Source: Phoronis australis
Lineage: Eukaryota; Animalia; Phoronida
NCBI GenBank assembly: GCA_002633005.1
Contig: NMRA01000230.1
Coordinates: 59,089-123,088, forward strand
Length of the DNA: 64,000 bases
Direction of reading: 5' to 3'
In this document: piece by piece, positions 27,201 through 40,071 of the stretch
How positions within the stretch are numbered: position 1 is the stretch's first letter
How the letters are laid out: each line of letters starts with the position of its first letter
Notes under the pieces: generated by a model
The model's input: the letters and a program-made list of their open reading frames with translations, nothing else
What the model was told of the DNA's origin: nothing
Database searches by the model: none
Made by a program: the position numbers and the translations under genes

Positions 27201-30200
27201 GTTCACCAAACGTACTCTAACGGAGTAGTTACTGTGTGGCACAAGCTGCGTTACGTTGGCGGGAATCTGTTGAACTGTCACCTTTGACACTTCCCGGGTA
27301 TCCCTATTAGTGACCTCCAGCTCGTAGTACCGGAAATACCCGTTAGTGTTGGAGCAGACGACAGGATCCCAAGACAACAGAAGTGACCGGGATGTCACTT
27401 CTGTGACATTTAATCCCAAGACCTTTACATTTGGCGCTGAAATACAAAATTTATGCCTAGAAACCACTGAAAGGCCCCAAATTACTGTCAAGTAGTTTGT
27501 TTAACTGGAAAGCTAGGCCAATGTTAGACCCACTAGAAACCAGCACACACTGGACTATTGCTACAGAACATGAACATGAATACACGACGTCGCCGTGAAT
27601 ATATCGCATCAGACAGCAAAGCGTCCTATGTACAGGTACGCTAGTGTTGTCTCAGTAGATTTGATAACTTTTCGGTGCTTTTCCAAAAACAATTCACAAA
27701 CCGTTTTGGACTTGAAAGTTACGGAGATGACAAAGTTGCCTGGTAACTTATGACAAACTTTAATGACTAAAAACAAAATGTGACAGCGTTTGAGCAGGAG
27801 TAACCGCCATGCAATGTATAGACAGTTTCTGGTTGACATGCTTTAGAACCAACTATAACGTCTCTACAAAAAGTTGACTTGATGTCACTCAATAGCATAC
27901 ATTGTAACTGTTTGACTGGCCTGCCTTCCGCAAACGCAAAAATACAGTATCAAGCAACTCTAGAGATATCGCTAAGCGAAACAAATGATCACTCCAGTTT
28001 TATTCGATGGTGTCTTGCGTCTAGGACCGGAAAGCTTTATAACGGGCAGGCCAGTACTCACGTTCGGATTGTGTTACTGTAGTCATTGCCGCTGGTGGAT
28101 TACTCAACCCGACTGCATTTGCCGCTGTAAGCGTAACAAGGTATTGCGTCCACGGCAGAAGACCGTCAATGGTGTAGTTCGTGGCAGCTGGTGACACGTC
28201 CAGTGACACAAAAGTAACGACATCACGGTCTTGACAGTTCCCAGTAGAAATAACAGCATACCGCAGTAGGTACTTATCGACAGTGGACGCGTTTGGCGGC
28301 CGCCACGTGACGACGATTGTAGATGATGAGGTAGCCGTGAGGGAAAGATTGAGTGGTGTTGTAGGAGCTGTGTAGAAAAATAAACATGCTTTAGAAAACT
28401 TTTTAGTGTTGTATGATCATTGTCTGAGGTTTAATGGTAAATTGAAAGGTTGATCAACGTGTTTCAGATATCAAGTGATAACACCAGGTTTTAACACACG
28501 TAGAGGGGAAAAACCACATTACGTTACAAGGCAACATGACATTGAACACAGGCACTTCCAGCACACAATGCACAAATACAGAATATCCAATTAAGTTTAA
28601 GATTTTGTAGGGGTTTTCAAGACACACTTTATACTTTTCTAGTTAATTATTCAGTTGTCAAACTTTAAATACACGGAAACCTTGGAGCATAATCGTAGTC
28701 GTCATTAATATCGTTGACGTAGTAATCTCAGTTGTTGTCGTTGGTATCTCGGTGGTACTGGTGTTAGGTTCAATCGTTGTTGTAACTCGAATGCTTGTCG
28801 TTGTCGCAGGCTCGGTTGTTGTCGTCGGAGGTACAGTTGTTGTCGTCGGAGGTACAGTTGTCGTTACAGGTTTTGTTGTCGTAAGTGGCTGAGTTGTCGT
28901 CGTTGGCGGTTCTGTGGTCGTCGTACTTACTTTAAACACAAATAAGACGTCACCAAACACCTGGGTCCGGGGTCAAATCTTTGTACACGAAATGGAACTC
29001 AAAAATACTATTGACATTTGTGTTCTTACATTTAAGGATAAATGACTGTTGGCTTGAACTCGGGCACATTTTGGTTTTGTATATTAGTTTCCAATATTTT
29101 GAATATAAACTCGAAATTTCGTTTTCAGACTCACACTTTTAGCCTCAATGCTGGGGCCATCAAGTGCAAACTGGAATTAGAAAGGTATACACGAAAGCCA
29201 TTGTGAACTTAGCATTGAATTAAAGACACATCTTGAGTTTGCATAAAAGAAAAGGAAAATGCCAAGCACACTTTCGAGTTCCATTTCGAGTAACACCTTG
29301 GCCAACTCAAACTCAGACTTCACGATAGACAATATCACCGTCCCAACTGGTCCCAGTAGAGACAATGGGCATCCCATAGGTCCTCCATACGCCAAACGTG
29401 TTTCGGCAAATTATGTCTCACACTGATTAATCCACCGTGTTGCTGTGTTGTAAGTACCCTTTACGCATAGAGGGATACCTTAAGAAGCCGTCGATGTCGT
29501 TAAATCTTCCTAGTTCGAGCAAATACTGTCAAAGTCAAACTTTTTTGTGGAACTGTCTTTCGTTCAGTTGCTCAAATCGACAAATGGCCACTTTTGCAAT
29601 GGTAATGTCAGGGGATATACCGAGGCGCGAACATGCAATGCTGTTAGAAATAAAGTTTGATTGCGGGAGTTTTTGTTCGAGCTAGGAAGAGTTAAAGACA
29701 CCAACGGCCTTCTAAAGTTTCCCGCTATCAGCGCGAAAGGCACTTATAGCAACATGACTTTGATGGTTTAATTAGTGTGAGATATAATTCGCCGAAAAAC
29801 ATTCGGCGTATGGAGCGCCTATGGAATGGCCACCGTCTCTACTCGGGTCAAATGAGACAGGGGTATTGTCCAACTTCAAGACAGAATTGGAGCTCGGAGA
29901 TAAAATTTTCGATATGTTGGAAGGGCAAACACAATCAACACAGCACCGAAGCCAAACAAATGCTCAGAGAAAAGTGGGTAAGGGCAACAAAGACACGCTA
30001 AATTACCTCTACTGTGACAGTTTTCCACTAGCAAGCCTATGATCGTTGCGCTTAACTGAAGCTAAGCTACACGTGTGCGGTTACAGCTGGCTGGTAAAAA
30101 GCAAACGGCTCAGTTTTATAGACTGCATACCTTCACATTTCGGAAGAGTGACTATTTCCGATTGGTTCCCAGGACGACCGTCAATTTTCTTGTCGTCCTC

Positions 30201-33200
30201 TTCCCTGTTAGCCACCACGCGAAACACCAGTGACGTCATTTCCGGTAAGTTCCTCACTGTATAAGAGTATTTACTCAGGGAATCTCTGTGGTCTATGTCA
30301 ATGATATCCGAGTCATTTTGCTGCAACCTGAAAAGTTTTATTGAACCTGTTTGTGTTGATATTGAACCTGTTTGTGTTGAAACGGGTCTCAACGTGTTAG
30401 ATTAGAATTTTTTGCATCTAAAGAACGTGCAAAATTAGAACTTAAGCCTAAATCCCGGTCCGTTGTAGTTTTTGAACACCGTGTTGGTGAGCAGTGTATT
30501 AAGTTGCTGTTCTTTTCAAAAAATACAGTTGAGACGAGCAAAAATTATTTGGGAATTTTTACTCATCACTTGACAAAACATGGCATTTGAAACTTTGGTA
30601 ACATTTGTTTATGTTCCACTGTGCGGCGTTTCAACAACAAAAACACAAGAACTTGGATGAAATTCATAGGGCGGACGTTTGTCTTCAACACGGTGAGCGC
30701 AGGTCTCAAACGAGTCGGCTAGATATCTTAAAAGGATATCAAACCCGGTTTTGGCATAATAACAGATATCGAAAACCACTTTCAAATCCAGTTCTCTGAA
30801 ACAAAGTTGTCCTCCGTAACCCTTAATAGTCCTCAAACATTTGGAGAAAAAATTGAAAACTTCTTACAAACTGTTGTAAAAGGGAAAGCTACGTTCGCGA
30901 GTTATACAACTAAATAGGGAAAAGTAATCCACCAAGAGCTATAATGTCCAATCTTTGACGCATACATTGCGAGTTTTCAGTTGATTCCTGCTTTTTAACT
31001 GAAGTAAAGCGCCAATGACGAAATAGCGTGTGGCAGAATGAGGGTTGTTTGAAATTACCGAAACAGGGTAAGTGTCCTGATAACCAATTATTCTTTTTGT
31101 CCTCGTGTACTTACGTGTATCCTTGCACCGGAGGGTCTCCAATATCGACCCCAAATCTCCACGCCAGCCACGTGACAGTGACGGAGGAGCACGTGACGTT
31201 TGACACAAGTGGCGCAGAAAGCAATCTTGGAAGACCTAATCAGAGTCGGAACAATTACCAGTAATAGTAGCATTAAAACCTTTACATTAATGTTGACATT
31301 AAACTCTACTTACAGTAGCTGTGAGCCCGCATTCGATTGAAAACCTAACTACCGGTACATTTAATTTAAACCAATTGCCGTTGTATAAATTTGTTTCAAA
31401 CTTGCTCCAATTCTTCCCAAAGTGATTTTCATGGGAGCAAGGAACAAGTCGAGACCAGTTCATGGCGACAAGTTGTCTAATTTAAAAAAATACATTTGTA
31501 AGTGGCCTACAATAGGTGTCGCTGTGGTAGTTACTGGAGTGCGCCATCTTGTAATAAATGTATCGAACGTGATTTAATCTTCTCCGAAAAAACTCACGTG
31601 CACGTATCTGCAGTGTTGTTGTAACGTTATCAACAGAGATACATGGGCGGCGCAGCACTGAAAAAAGTGGGGGGCTAAAGCCCCCTCAGCCCCCTGCCAA
31701 TACTCCATGTGCGGCGTAGCACTGAAAAAGAGGGGGGCCCATAGCCCCACCCCCAGCCCCCTATGTTGCGCCGCCCATGGTATAAACTAAGGATATTGTT
31801 TTACAGAATGCGGACTCATAGATTCATTGAACATTCAACTCTCATGTAAGTACCTAACACTTTTCCATGGAATATACATTTTAATTCTCAGTATGGAACG
31901 AGGTTGAAACACGTCCCTCCTCCTCCACCATGCAGGTTGGCTCCAACCGTTGAACAACAATGTCGGCTCTAGGCACTTGAGTTAGCACAATGTAACGCAA
32001 TATCGGTGCTTATAATTTCTTAGAAGGATACCAAGCTAAACGTTGACCTATTAAAAGATATTGAAAACGACTTTCCTATTATCCAGTTCTCTGAAACAAA
32101 GTATAAATGCTCAGTTGGCAACCCTCAAAAGTTTGTTGCACAATTTGAAAACTCCTTTCCGAGTCCTTTCCGTGACCTACGCTTTACATCTATTACGCAA
32201 CAAATGCAGGGAAAGACCACCCACCAAGAACCATAATGTCCATTATTTGTGACTAAGAGAGTATGAATTTTTACTTGAATTCTGCTTTTAATAATCTCCA
32301 ATTGGGAAGTAGCAGTTTACATAAAGAAGATTGGCTGAAATTACTAATACGAGCTTAGTATCCTTGTAAGGTTACGTAAAACCCTGTCACAAGTGTGCAT
32401 ATTTACAAGTGGCTAAATATTTACAAGCTATGGAGTTTAAATCGGTGAAAGTGCAATATTTTCTTAACCTAGATAGCCTGTGGAATTTCATGTTAGATGT
32501 TTTGCCAAACCGTCATTATTTTCGTCACGTGATCATGTCTTTACAATAAAATTCAACAAAAGACAGACGCATTAATAGCAAAACAACGTTGACCAAATTT
32601 CATTTGAAAAATTTGTTCTAGGCGATGGAATCTTAAAAACGTTGTTGAAAGCACCAGTTCGTTAGGCAACGTTTCGGTTTTTTCATGAAAATCATAAACG
32701 TCCTACTCTTGTGTAACGTTCTTAAAACAATTCCTATTATTTATCTGCAAAAACACTGAAACATAGCAAACATTTTTAGTCTGGTTTGTATGTCACCTGT
32801 TGGTCATTTGGTGTGGCCAACAGGTAGCGTGCAGACCAGACTTAAGAATACTTGCAATCGATATTTCTACATACGTTTCCACGCCGGTTCAACATGTTCA
32901 TATTCAGGTACATGAAATAGTACCTGGACATTTCATATGAATACTGTCAGTCATTTCTGAGATAAAATGTTCTGAAGTAACTAAATTTGCACTCCTAAGC
33001 TCCAACATAATGAACTGTTGTGGAGTTGTAATATAATTACAGTTTTCTATTCGGTGAAATCAAGGCCCGTGTTTATTATATTTAACTACGTTTTTAAAGA
33101 CTACACTGCTATTGACAGTGGGGAATTTGGCTAAGGCCAAGAGCGTGCGCCTCTTATTGAGAAGATAGTGCGTTGGATGCTGTGGTACTGCTAATATTTC

Positions 33201-36200
33201 ACATTCGCGCCGAGGGTGGCGTTTTCTTCCGTGATTCTCCGCTTAATTTACACAAAGATATGGTCGAAATGTTCACTTGCGTTTCTCAAAAAAACGGGGC
33301 TCAGCTTGATGAAAATAATGGCAACCGTTATTGGCATTCCATGACATCTAGCCAGCTCAAACCATACTCGTAACATACTAAACTAAACTTTTTGTACAAA
33401 TTTGATCAAATATAATTTAAATTGTCCACCTTATAGGGTGGTAAAGAGTCTCGTAAGCTTCATGTATATACTCATAAATTTATTTTTCACTGTACGTTTC
33501 CTCGTGTTTTTAGCTGAAAACCTTAACGCATGGAAATCAAAGCTACAAGACGGCAATTCGCCAAACGCATGTATGTCGGAAACCCACGTAGACTAATTTT
33601 TCTGTTTGACAAAGTAATATGCCACCAAATTTTTCAAAATGAAATTTCCCGTGTAAATGATTAAGAGGTGACTGTGGAAAAAGAGGTAAATATTCTTTTC
33701 ATTCAATGTTAGTATTCCTGGTTCACCGGAAGCCCATTAGCACAAATCTTGACAAATAGATGACATTGAAATGTAGCTTGTACAAATACAAGCATTAAGA
33801 TGATTCTCTTGAAAAACTAGGGTTCGCGAAGTTGGACTCTTGTTTCATTAAACACTCAAATGCTGCTCTTACGTGTCTGACACCCAGATCCAGTCCAGTC
33901 GACGTCACACCCTCCTTCGCACTCCCCGTTAACATGGAGACACGTGGGACTAGACTGGCAATGACAAGACATACTGCAGTTGAGTCCGAAGGTGCCGGCA
34001 GCACATTCTAGAGAAAATAATGAACGGTATCTGTCAATAGACGTTACATAAACGTAACAGTGTATTCGTCAAAATTTTCCACTAAAGGGATGAATCAAAT
34101 CAACTCACCTGAGCTTGTCCGTCTAGTTCACGAAATTTAAACTAAACGGCACGTATTAGCGTAACATTTCCGTGTTATTTTGTTACAAAGGCTGTGCTTT
34201 TCTTTAAGAGCGTGAGCAGATTCTCTTTTTAAAAGACAGCATGGCGAATAAATTATGACAAACTATAAAATTCACTTGAATTAAGTTTTATGATATGCGA
34301 CAATTGGAGCATCTCTATTCTTGCAAAAGTGAAAATGAAAAGAACAAAGCACTATCTGAAGCGACTCACCAGTTTGACAGCCTGGTGGACCCGTGTATCC
34401 CGCAGCGCACAACATGTCGGCACATCCGGTGTCGCTGCAAACCTCCGAATTAAAGCAGTGACATGGTTTACACGGAGACCCGAAGAATCCGTCATCGCAC
34501 ACTGAAATAAACGACACGAGGAACATTTATGATTTTGCAGGACCTTGTCATCAAGTCTGCGTATTTATCCAAGTGTCTACAAAATCATACATTTTAACGC
34601 AGTAAAAGTAGGCATTTTCCGGAAGCATTTGATTGTTCATTTACCAATCTGCCAGGTTGATTAGGTACGTTTTTCTGTCTAAAATTTAGCAAAGAGGAAA
34701 GGTACATTGGTTGGAAAACAACAGCATTACCGCGACCAGATTTCATTATATGTAAAATGAACAAGAGGAATTCTCTAAAACGCGTTTACAGTTTTATTAA
34801 TGATCATTTCGTTTTCGTGTTATGTACATTTTGAGTTTCTTACGTAAAAGTCATTAAGTCTATATTTTTCATAACCCCCATGAAAAAAGAAACATCATCA
34901 AATCTATTCCTAAGAGCGTTTCGGAGAAAAGTGCATAAAGCATAGTTTGTGAGTTTCAAATGAATCCTTTCATCTGAGATAAGATTTCCAAATTAGCCAA
35001 ATTTGGACATTTTAAAGGTCCTACGAAATCTGCTAAACACCGCGGTCACACAGAGGTGTTTTGTTCTGTTTTGGAGATGAAAACTTTGAACAGTTCAACT
35101 GGTTCTTTAAAATGGTGATTTACCGTCTTTCCGACGCAAAACAATACAATAGATCGCATGTGATCAGCATGATTTATTCCATTTTTAATTTTTATATATT
35201 GGTTTGACCTCTTCATCGACATTTTAAAATTTAAGGGACAGACAGACTTTGGGAGTGCATGTCTGGGCTTTCAGGTGTCGGGTGCGGACGTCAGTGTATA
35301 TCGTACTGCGCTGGAGCTTGGGGTGTAAGACGACACACTGTCTGCATATAGTTCCTTAATCTACATTTCTACTCCAATATTCACACGCAAGCAGTTCAGT
35401 GGGTATTAAGTTGGATAATGTTGAAGTTTTACGCATTTCATGTCAAAATTTCAATTTGTTTTCCCATTTGATCGGTACATAGAAGGCATATAGATCTTAG
35501 AACACAGACATCTTGAGAGAAAAAACACACCACATTTTTGTCCAAAAGCGCAGTTTAATCATTCCAAGACGTTGAATTCACTGTTGAGGCATGACAAGGG
35601 AATACGCTTCGTGTCTTGAATATCATCATGACTAATATCCAGCAAAAACACGTAAAATTTGCGTTACTAGGTCCACATGAGACAAAGAGAGATCATCAAT
35701 TGAATATTTAGGTGTATACAGAACGTAGGGTTCACTTAAAAAATGTACAGCAATTATCCACTTATTTCGCACAAAAAATTGCAGCAATTGTATTTTTCTA
35801 TTTTTCAAAAGCTGATGACTTTCTGGAAACAAATGAAATTTAACTGATGTTGTTTAATGAAATCTACACAGTTCACGTCATATTCGTAATACATCGAAAT
35901 TTCCTTAATCTGTGTTTGCGCGGAGAAATTTGAGCGTTGCAAAATAGAATTCACGTGTCTGCTATATTGTGTGCGAAATGAGTGAGGCATTGCCGTTTTA
36001 AGGTTACATTATTGGCAAGAACGTGATTTTCTGAGATCAGCCTCAGCTTGGAATAATATCTGAAACCGCCACTGTGGAGATCTAACGCTCTCCTGGCGGA
36101 GCAATGCCCATTCAGAAAATGCATTTTTGCCCGTGAACCCGATAATGTACCTTTAAATGAATACGAGTGAAACCAAAATAGATCAAGTAACAAGAGTATG

Positions 36201-37639
36201 GTGTAAATTCACGGAGATACTGGAAATAAAAGATGTATTGAATGAAAGACATTCAGGGGCAATTGATCACTGACAACGTTAAATGAAAGCACGGAAACAG
36301 AAAATACACGCAGTACAGTTGCGGCATTCGTGAGAAACACGGGTGAAAATCTATAGGGAGACAATGCTTGTTTCCCAAGCTAATAATTCTGACAAAGAAA
36401 TTGGAAGGACTTTATTTTAGTACATGAAGGTACTCACCGACGTTTTTTGTTGCTTTTGTGAATGGACCTGTCGTTTTCAACTCAAATTTATGAATATCCA
36501 AAGTCAATTTACCACAAGAGATGTGTATGTGCAACCCTTATGAAGCTCGTCAATCATTATTCTGTGGTATGTTTTATTGGTTGAGTGTCGGTCAAAAGAT
36601 ATCTGTTGTTTCACATTGTTCACAAACACAATTTAAAGTTTCAGACTAACCACGAAGAAAAAGCAAGTAATTAGTGCGGGTAAGTCTTGCACGGTCTTAG
36701 AAACATACATGTAGGAAAGCCGTGCACGGCACCTCAAATTCAGGTAAGTCTTGCCAGGTTCCGAAAATACAGGTAACCCTCTCACGATGTAAGTCAGCTG
36801 CACTGAAATAAATGTGGGGCTACAGCCCCCCCCCCCTGCCTCTATGATGCACCACCCATGGACTCCATGGGCAGCCCAGCACTTAAACAAGTGGGGACTA
36901 TACCTCCGCCCATCCCTCTGTGGTTCGCCGCCCATGCAAGTAACCATGGCAGGCTATGCAAACTACACGTAATCCATACACGGTACCACCCAAAAGTAAA
37001 GGTAAGCCTTAACTGCCCTTCTGGGAACGCAAAAATTGTTCACATAAATAATAAATGGCCTGAATAAATGTCAACATACTTAAGGATAAGTCGGCAATTA
37101 ATAATAAGGCAAATCTTCACTTATTTTGCATACAATATTAACTGTATGTAAAATTCCAGTTTGTTTTATTTCTCCACAAAAACTTAGCATAGTTCAGTAG
37201 CAGCCCTTCGTTAACACAAACTTCGTTGAAAACACGACTAAACTTTTTTGTTTAAAAGCTTGATACTGAGTCGCTCGTAATATCGAAACAATCTTTCTTC
37301 AGGTGTGACATTACGAGCGACTCTAAAGCTTTCAAACAAAAAGTTTAGTCGTGTTTTCAACGAAAATTTAAAAATCTAAGCATGGTTAGCAGTGTGTTCT
37401 GAGATATCGTTAAACAACATCTGCGCATGTCCCCATCAAAGAAATGATCAGCGTTTGGAAAATGAAACATTCCATTTTGACCATTGTTTTGTGGGATTTA
37501 CATGAAGAATTTCTCGTAAGTTTTGTGGGCTGCTACACAAGTAATTTTTCTTACCGTTTTGTGCCACTGCTCGTTCACACCACGATATAACAGTAACTGT
37601 TGTTATCAGACGTAACACGGTAATCTGTTTGTGCCACAT
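12240..37639 (-). CDS. Receptor-type protein tyrosine phosphatase-like protein (EGF-like x2, about 15 FN3, Thr-rich stalk, TM, tandem PTP domains; predicted pseudophosphatase), about 2544 aa
   Basis: Exons in transcript order: 37639-37555 (signal), 36467-36438 (tentative micro-exon), 34501-34370 and 34007-33873 (EGF-like), 31235-31115 plus 30327-30131 (FN3), 28929-28681 (Thr-rich), FN3 exons 28367-28062, 27436-27146, 26989-26684, 26061-25771, 25010-24702, 23643-23353, 23123-22809, 22320-22027, 20536-20231, 19628-19335, 19117-18812, 18109-17822, then 17447-17242, 16601-16425, 16020-13456 (TM + D1 + D2), 12380-12240 (DQYKYLH...SLYA*). All GT-AG and phases close. PTP motifs KNRF, YINANYI, YIAAQSP, FWQMIY, KCVEYWP, PILVHC; D2 RNRF, DYINAVF, FIMTQTP, DFWHMV. 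Confidence 0.9.
12833..13010. mobile_element. MITE-like inverted-repeat element in the last RPTP intron
   Basis: cattcagaacacatcggatatttt versus aaaatatccgaggtgttctgaatg (24-bp inverted repeat, 1 mismatch). Confidence 0.55.
13456..16020 (-). CDS. 2565-bp single exon of the RPTP: end of last FN3, juxtamembrane FN3-like region with furin site RRKR, TM helix, PTP D1 and almost all of D2
   Basis: Acceptor tttcag at 16021-16026, donor GTAAG below 13456, 855 uninterrupted codons. TM segment IIYYTAFPILALLILILFIVIVYLIL followed by RRRR. Confidence 0.92.
20541..20837. repeat. Intronic tandem duplication, about 141-bp unit, two copies
   Basis: atgttcgca...ctccaattccttctttat...aaagatgg...gacgccatttca...ccaagc recurs at 20555 and 20696. 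Confidence 0.85.
25214..25411. mobile_element. MITE in RPTP intron
   Basis: TIRs cacatgcgcgcacccag / ctggatgcgagcatgtg. Confidence 0.65.
31642..31779. mobile_element. Short GC-rich MITE family with CATGGGCGGCGCA TIR (two about 70-bp units here)
   Basis: Perfect 13-bp TIR catgggcggcgca / tgcgccgcccatg. Related copies at about 10710-10750, 17088-17157, 36797-36936 and 42163-42235. Confidence 0.65.
37222..37364. mobile_element. Palindromic MITE in an RPTP intron
   Basis: About 60-bp near-perfect inverted arms ttcgttgaaaacacgactaaacttttt...gagtcgctcgtaat / attacgagcgactc...aaaaagtttagtcgtgttttcaacgaa. Confidence 0.7.
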
Positions 37640-38403
37640 TATAGTCGAGACACTTCAGACAGACTTCAGCTAATGCTGAATACGATTGTCACCTGAAAAA
37701 ATCAATGAAAAATATAAACAGTGGGTACGTTAAAGACTAAGTTCTTTGCCCAAGATTGGTTGAATATTTAACATGTAGTGCAGATTAGATGGAACGGACA
37801 CGAGCCTTATGTGGAATCAATCGCTAATGAGCTCAACCACGATTATTAAATGAGTCTTTGCATGTAACCTGCGATTTACAGACACTGGCCAATACAATGG
37901 AATCAGTTGGAAAGTCTGTGCTAGTTCTAGTTACCAAGGCTCAATTTAACAACTTATCCAAGTCATACAACCTGTCCCCATGCTTGGTGTGTTTATTGAT
38001 GTTTATTCCCTTTCATAAATTACATCATATTCACCCCTATACCTTCGTGTATGCAAATTACTATTATCCAATTGTTTGAAATTATTCGCATAAACTTTGG
38101 GAAGCCGAGACCCCGTAGCTTGTAAGAAAAGTGACTTCGAGGTTTGAACTGTTCAGTCCACCATTTTGAGGCCGAATTGTCTTCTGAGGCACTATAGAGT
38201 TTGGTTTAATGAGCAACCTGAAGGGGCCGGAGGATCAGTGTAGCTACAAGGCCACTAGGGAGGGGGTGGGGAAGGGGNCATCGTCATATCGTATGCAAGC
38301 TCAGTGACACCTAGGACCAATCCAGGTGACACTGGTGAAGATTCGTTAAACACATGTTGTCCACTCCACGCAAGGTGTTATTTACCAGGGAATACCCGTG
38401 TCA

Positions 38404-38412
38404 ACTTACCTG
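38404..38412 (-). other. Splice donor of a probable non-coding first exon of the RPTP
   Basis: acttacctg on the plus strand reads CAG|GTAAGT on the minus strand. The ATG exon has an acceptor (tttttcag) at 37693-37700. Confidence 0.5.
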
Positions 38413-39870
38413 GCTTCTAATCAATACGCTCACTCGTTCTCATTATCCAGTGCAAAAGTCCATACGTTTGTTTCAAGCTCAAGTAATGTCATACATTGGA
38501 TTCACGTTTCCGTTATTCCCCGCCGCCGTATAGATCCTTTAATGAAACAATATTACCGCACAGGTATACTTCAGGTAGCTCACGAACATCGCTTGACCTA
38601 TATGGACCCGACAAGTTGATTGTGTGGCCAAGCTGCAGTAGACACAATGGAATTGTGTTCAAACCAGGTTATTTTTCGTAGCTCGCCTTCTGATTGGTTA
38701 GAACACATATTGACTTGGGATTCATAAACAGTTGATCGACGTCATTGGAGGCTGGTGCAAAATTCAAGAATTTATGTATAATGCTATCGCGTTTGTGAAG
38801 GAGAAAGTTAGTAGTCAATGAAGTATAAAACTTGAGAGTACGCTGTTATATGGTTATAATTTTGTCCTTAACCTGTCTGGCAAAGGATGGGCTTGTAGGT
38901 GGATTATGTGTTTAGTAGTTCATTGGTGATTCACTGATAACTAGTTCACAATACTTGTCACTTTGACACGCCCAGATTCCATTACCCATATTCTCGGTGA
39001 AAATGCACATTATATGTACACTCATGTACGGTATTTTTGTCCGTCTCGCCTTGTAAAAACTCGTCATTCCTGAAGCTTGGATTGTCTCGCAGCAGCGTAA
39101 TATCGATTTTTGACATAGAGTCCACGACAAAGAGGCCTACCGTAAATATTCTTAAAAGTAAAATTATTAAATTGCATCAGAAAAAAATTGTAGACTGTTT
39201 GTCTTAACGTAGACTATGGCAGTGATATTAAATTAGAACTCAGCCTAGGACGGACTATGGTCAAAATTTAATCATATACCTTTTTCAAAGCTCTGCAGTG
39301 TTGTATGCCAAAGAGGTGTGTTTATTTACTTAGCGATAAAAATAATCTTTGTTGGTCACAGTAGATGCGCATTTAACGATTATCTCAATATATGAACCTT
39401 GCCTGAGGTCAAACAACACGCACACACGCACACACATGCGCGCGCGAGTTTTTACCGCTATATGTTGCTCGTTTTGGGGGAGTTCGAAGTCGTCACGACT
39501 ACGGATGTTTGGATTATAGTTGTTAACGGGTTCCGGATTTCTCGACATGCTTTTTCACGGCTTGTTTGAGGTATCTAATTTACCGTCACCACTAAAGTAC
39601 ATGACTTACATAAATTGTTTATGTACTTAGTCCCATGCAACCAATTCAACGCAGTCATCATATCACATACTGTTCACCATAACATAATTTTTGTTTTCTA
39701 TTCTTTACTTAAGCCACACTTGTTATGTTATTGTATCATTGTAATAACGTTGAGTTGTAGCGTGTGCCTAACTCTGAAAACGGCGCAGTACCACGTGTTT
39801 TTTTATGAGTTATAACAAATGTTATTGCAATAATAAATCGCTGAAACCAATGCTATAGCTTTTTGTGGTA

Positions 39871-39896
39871 TTCACCTGAGTGGTCTTTCAGGTGAA
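39871..39896. promoter_or_regulatory. Inverted E-box pair TTCACCTGA-N8-TCAGGTGAA about 180-200 bp upstream of the SRCR-ZP ATG
   Basis: Both arms are intact in the paralogous promoter at 55124-55149. Function is inferred only. Confidence 0.35.
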
Positions 39897-40071
39897 ATAT
39901 TACCTGCGATGAATAATCCTACTTGGCAACTGTTGCCATAACAAACGGATTTAAATGTCCCCGCCTTTAACTAGGTCACGCCGAGATGTTTATGTCGCTG
40001 ACTGGCACTTTAACTGACGGTTAACGTGTATGTGATCGATATACCCGAAGATGTGGTCGTAATATTGAAGC

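Noticed and set aside
30340-30381. 21-bp tandem duplicate next to an RPTP acceptor (and a 31-bp one at about 24191-24248)
   Set aside because: Ordinary two-copy slippage duplications. No repeat-spacer (CRISPR-like) structure and no effect on the exon.
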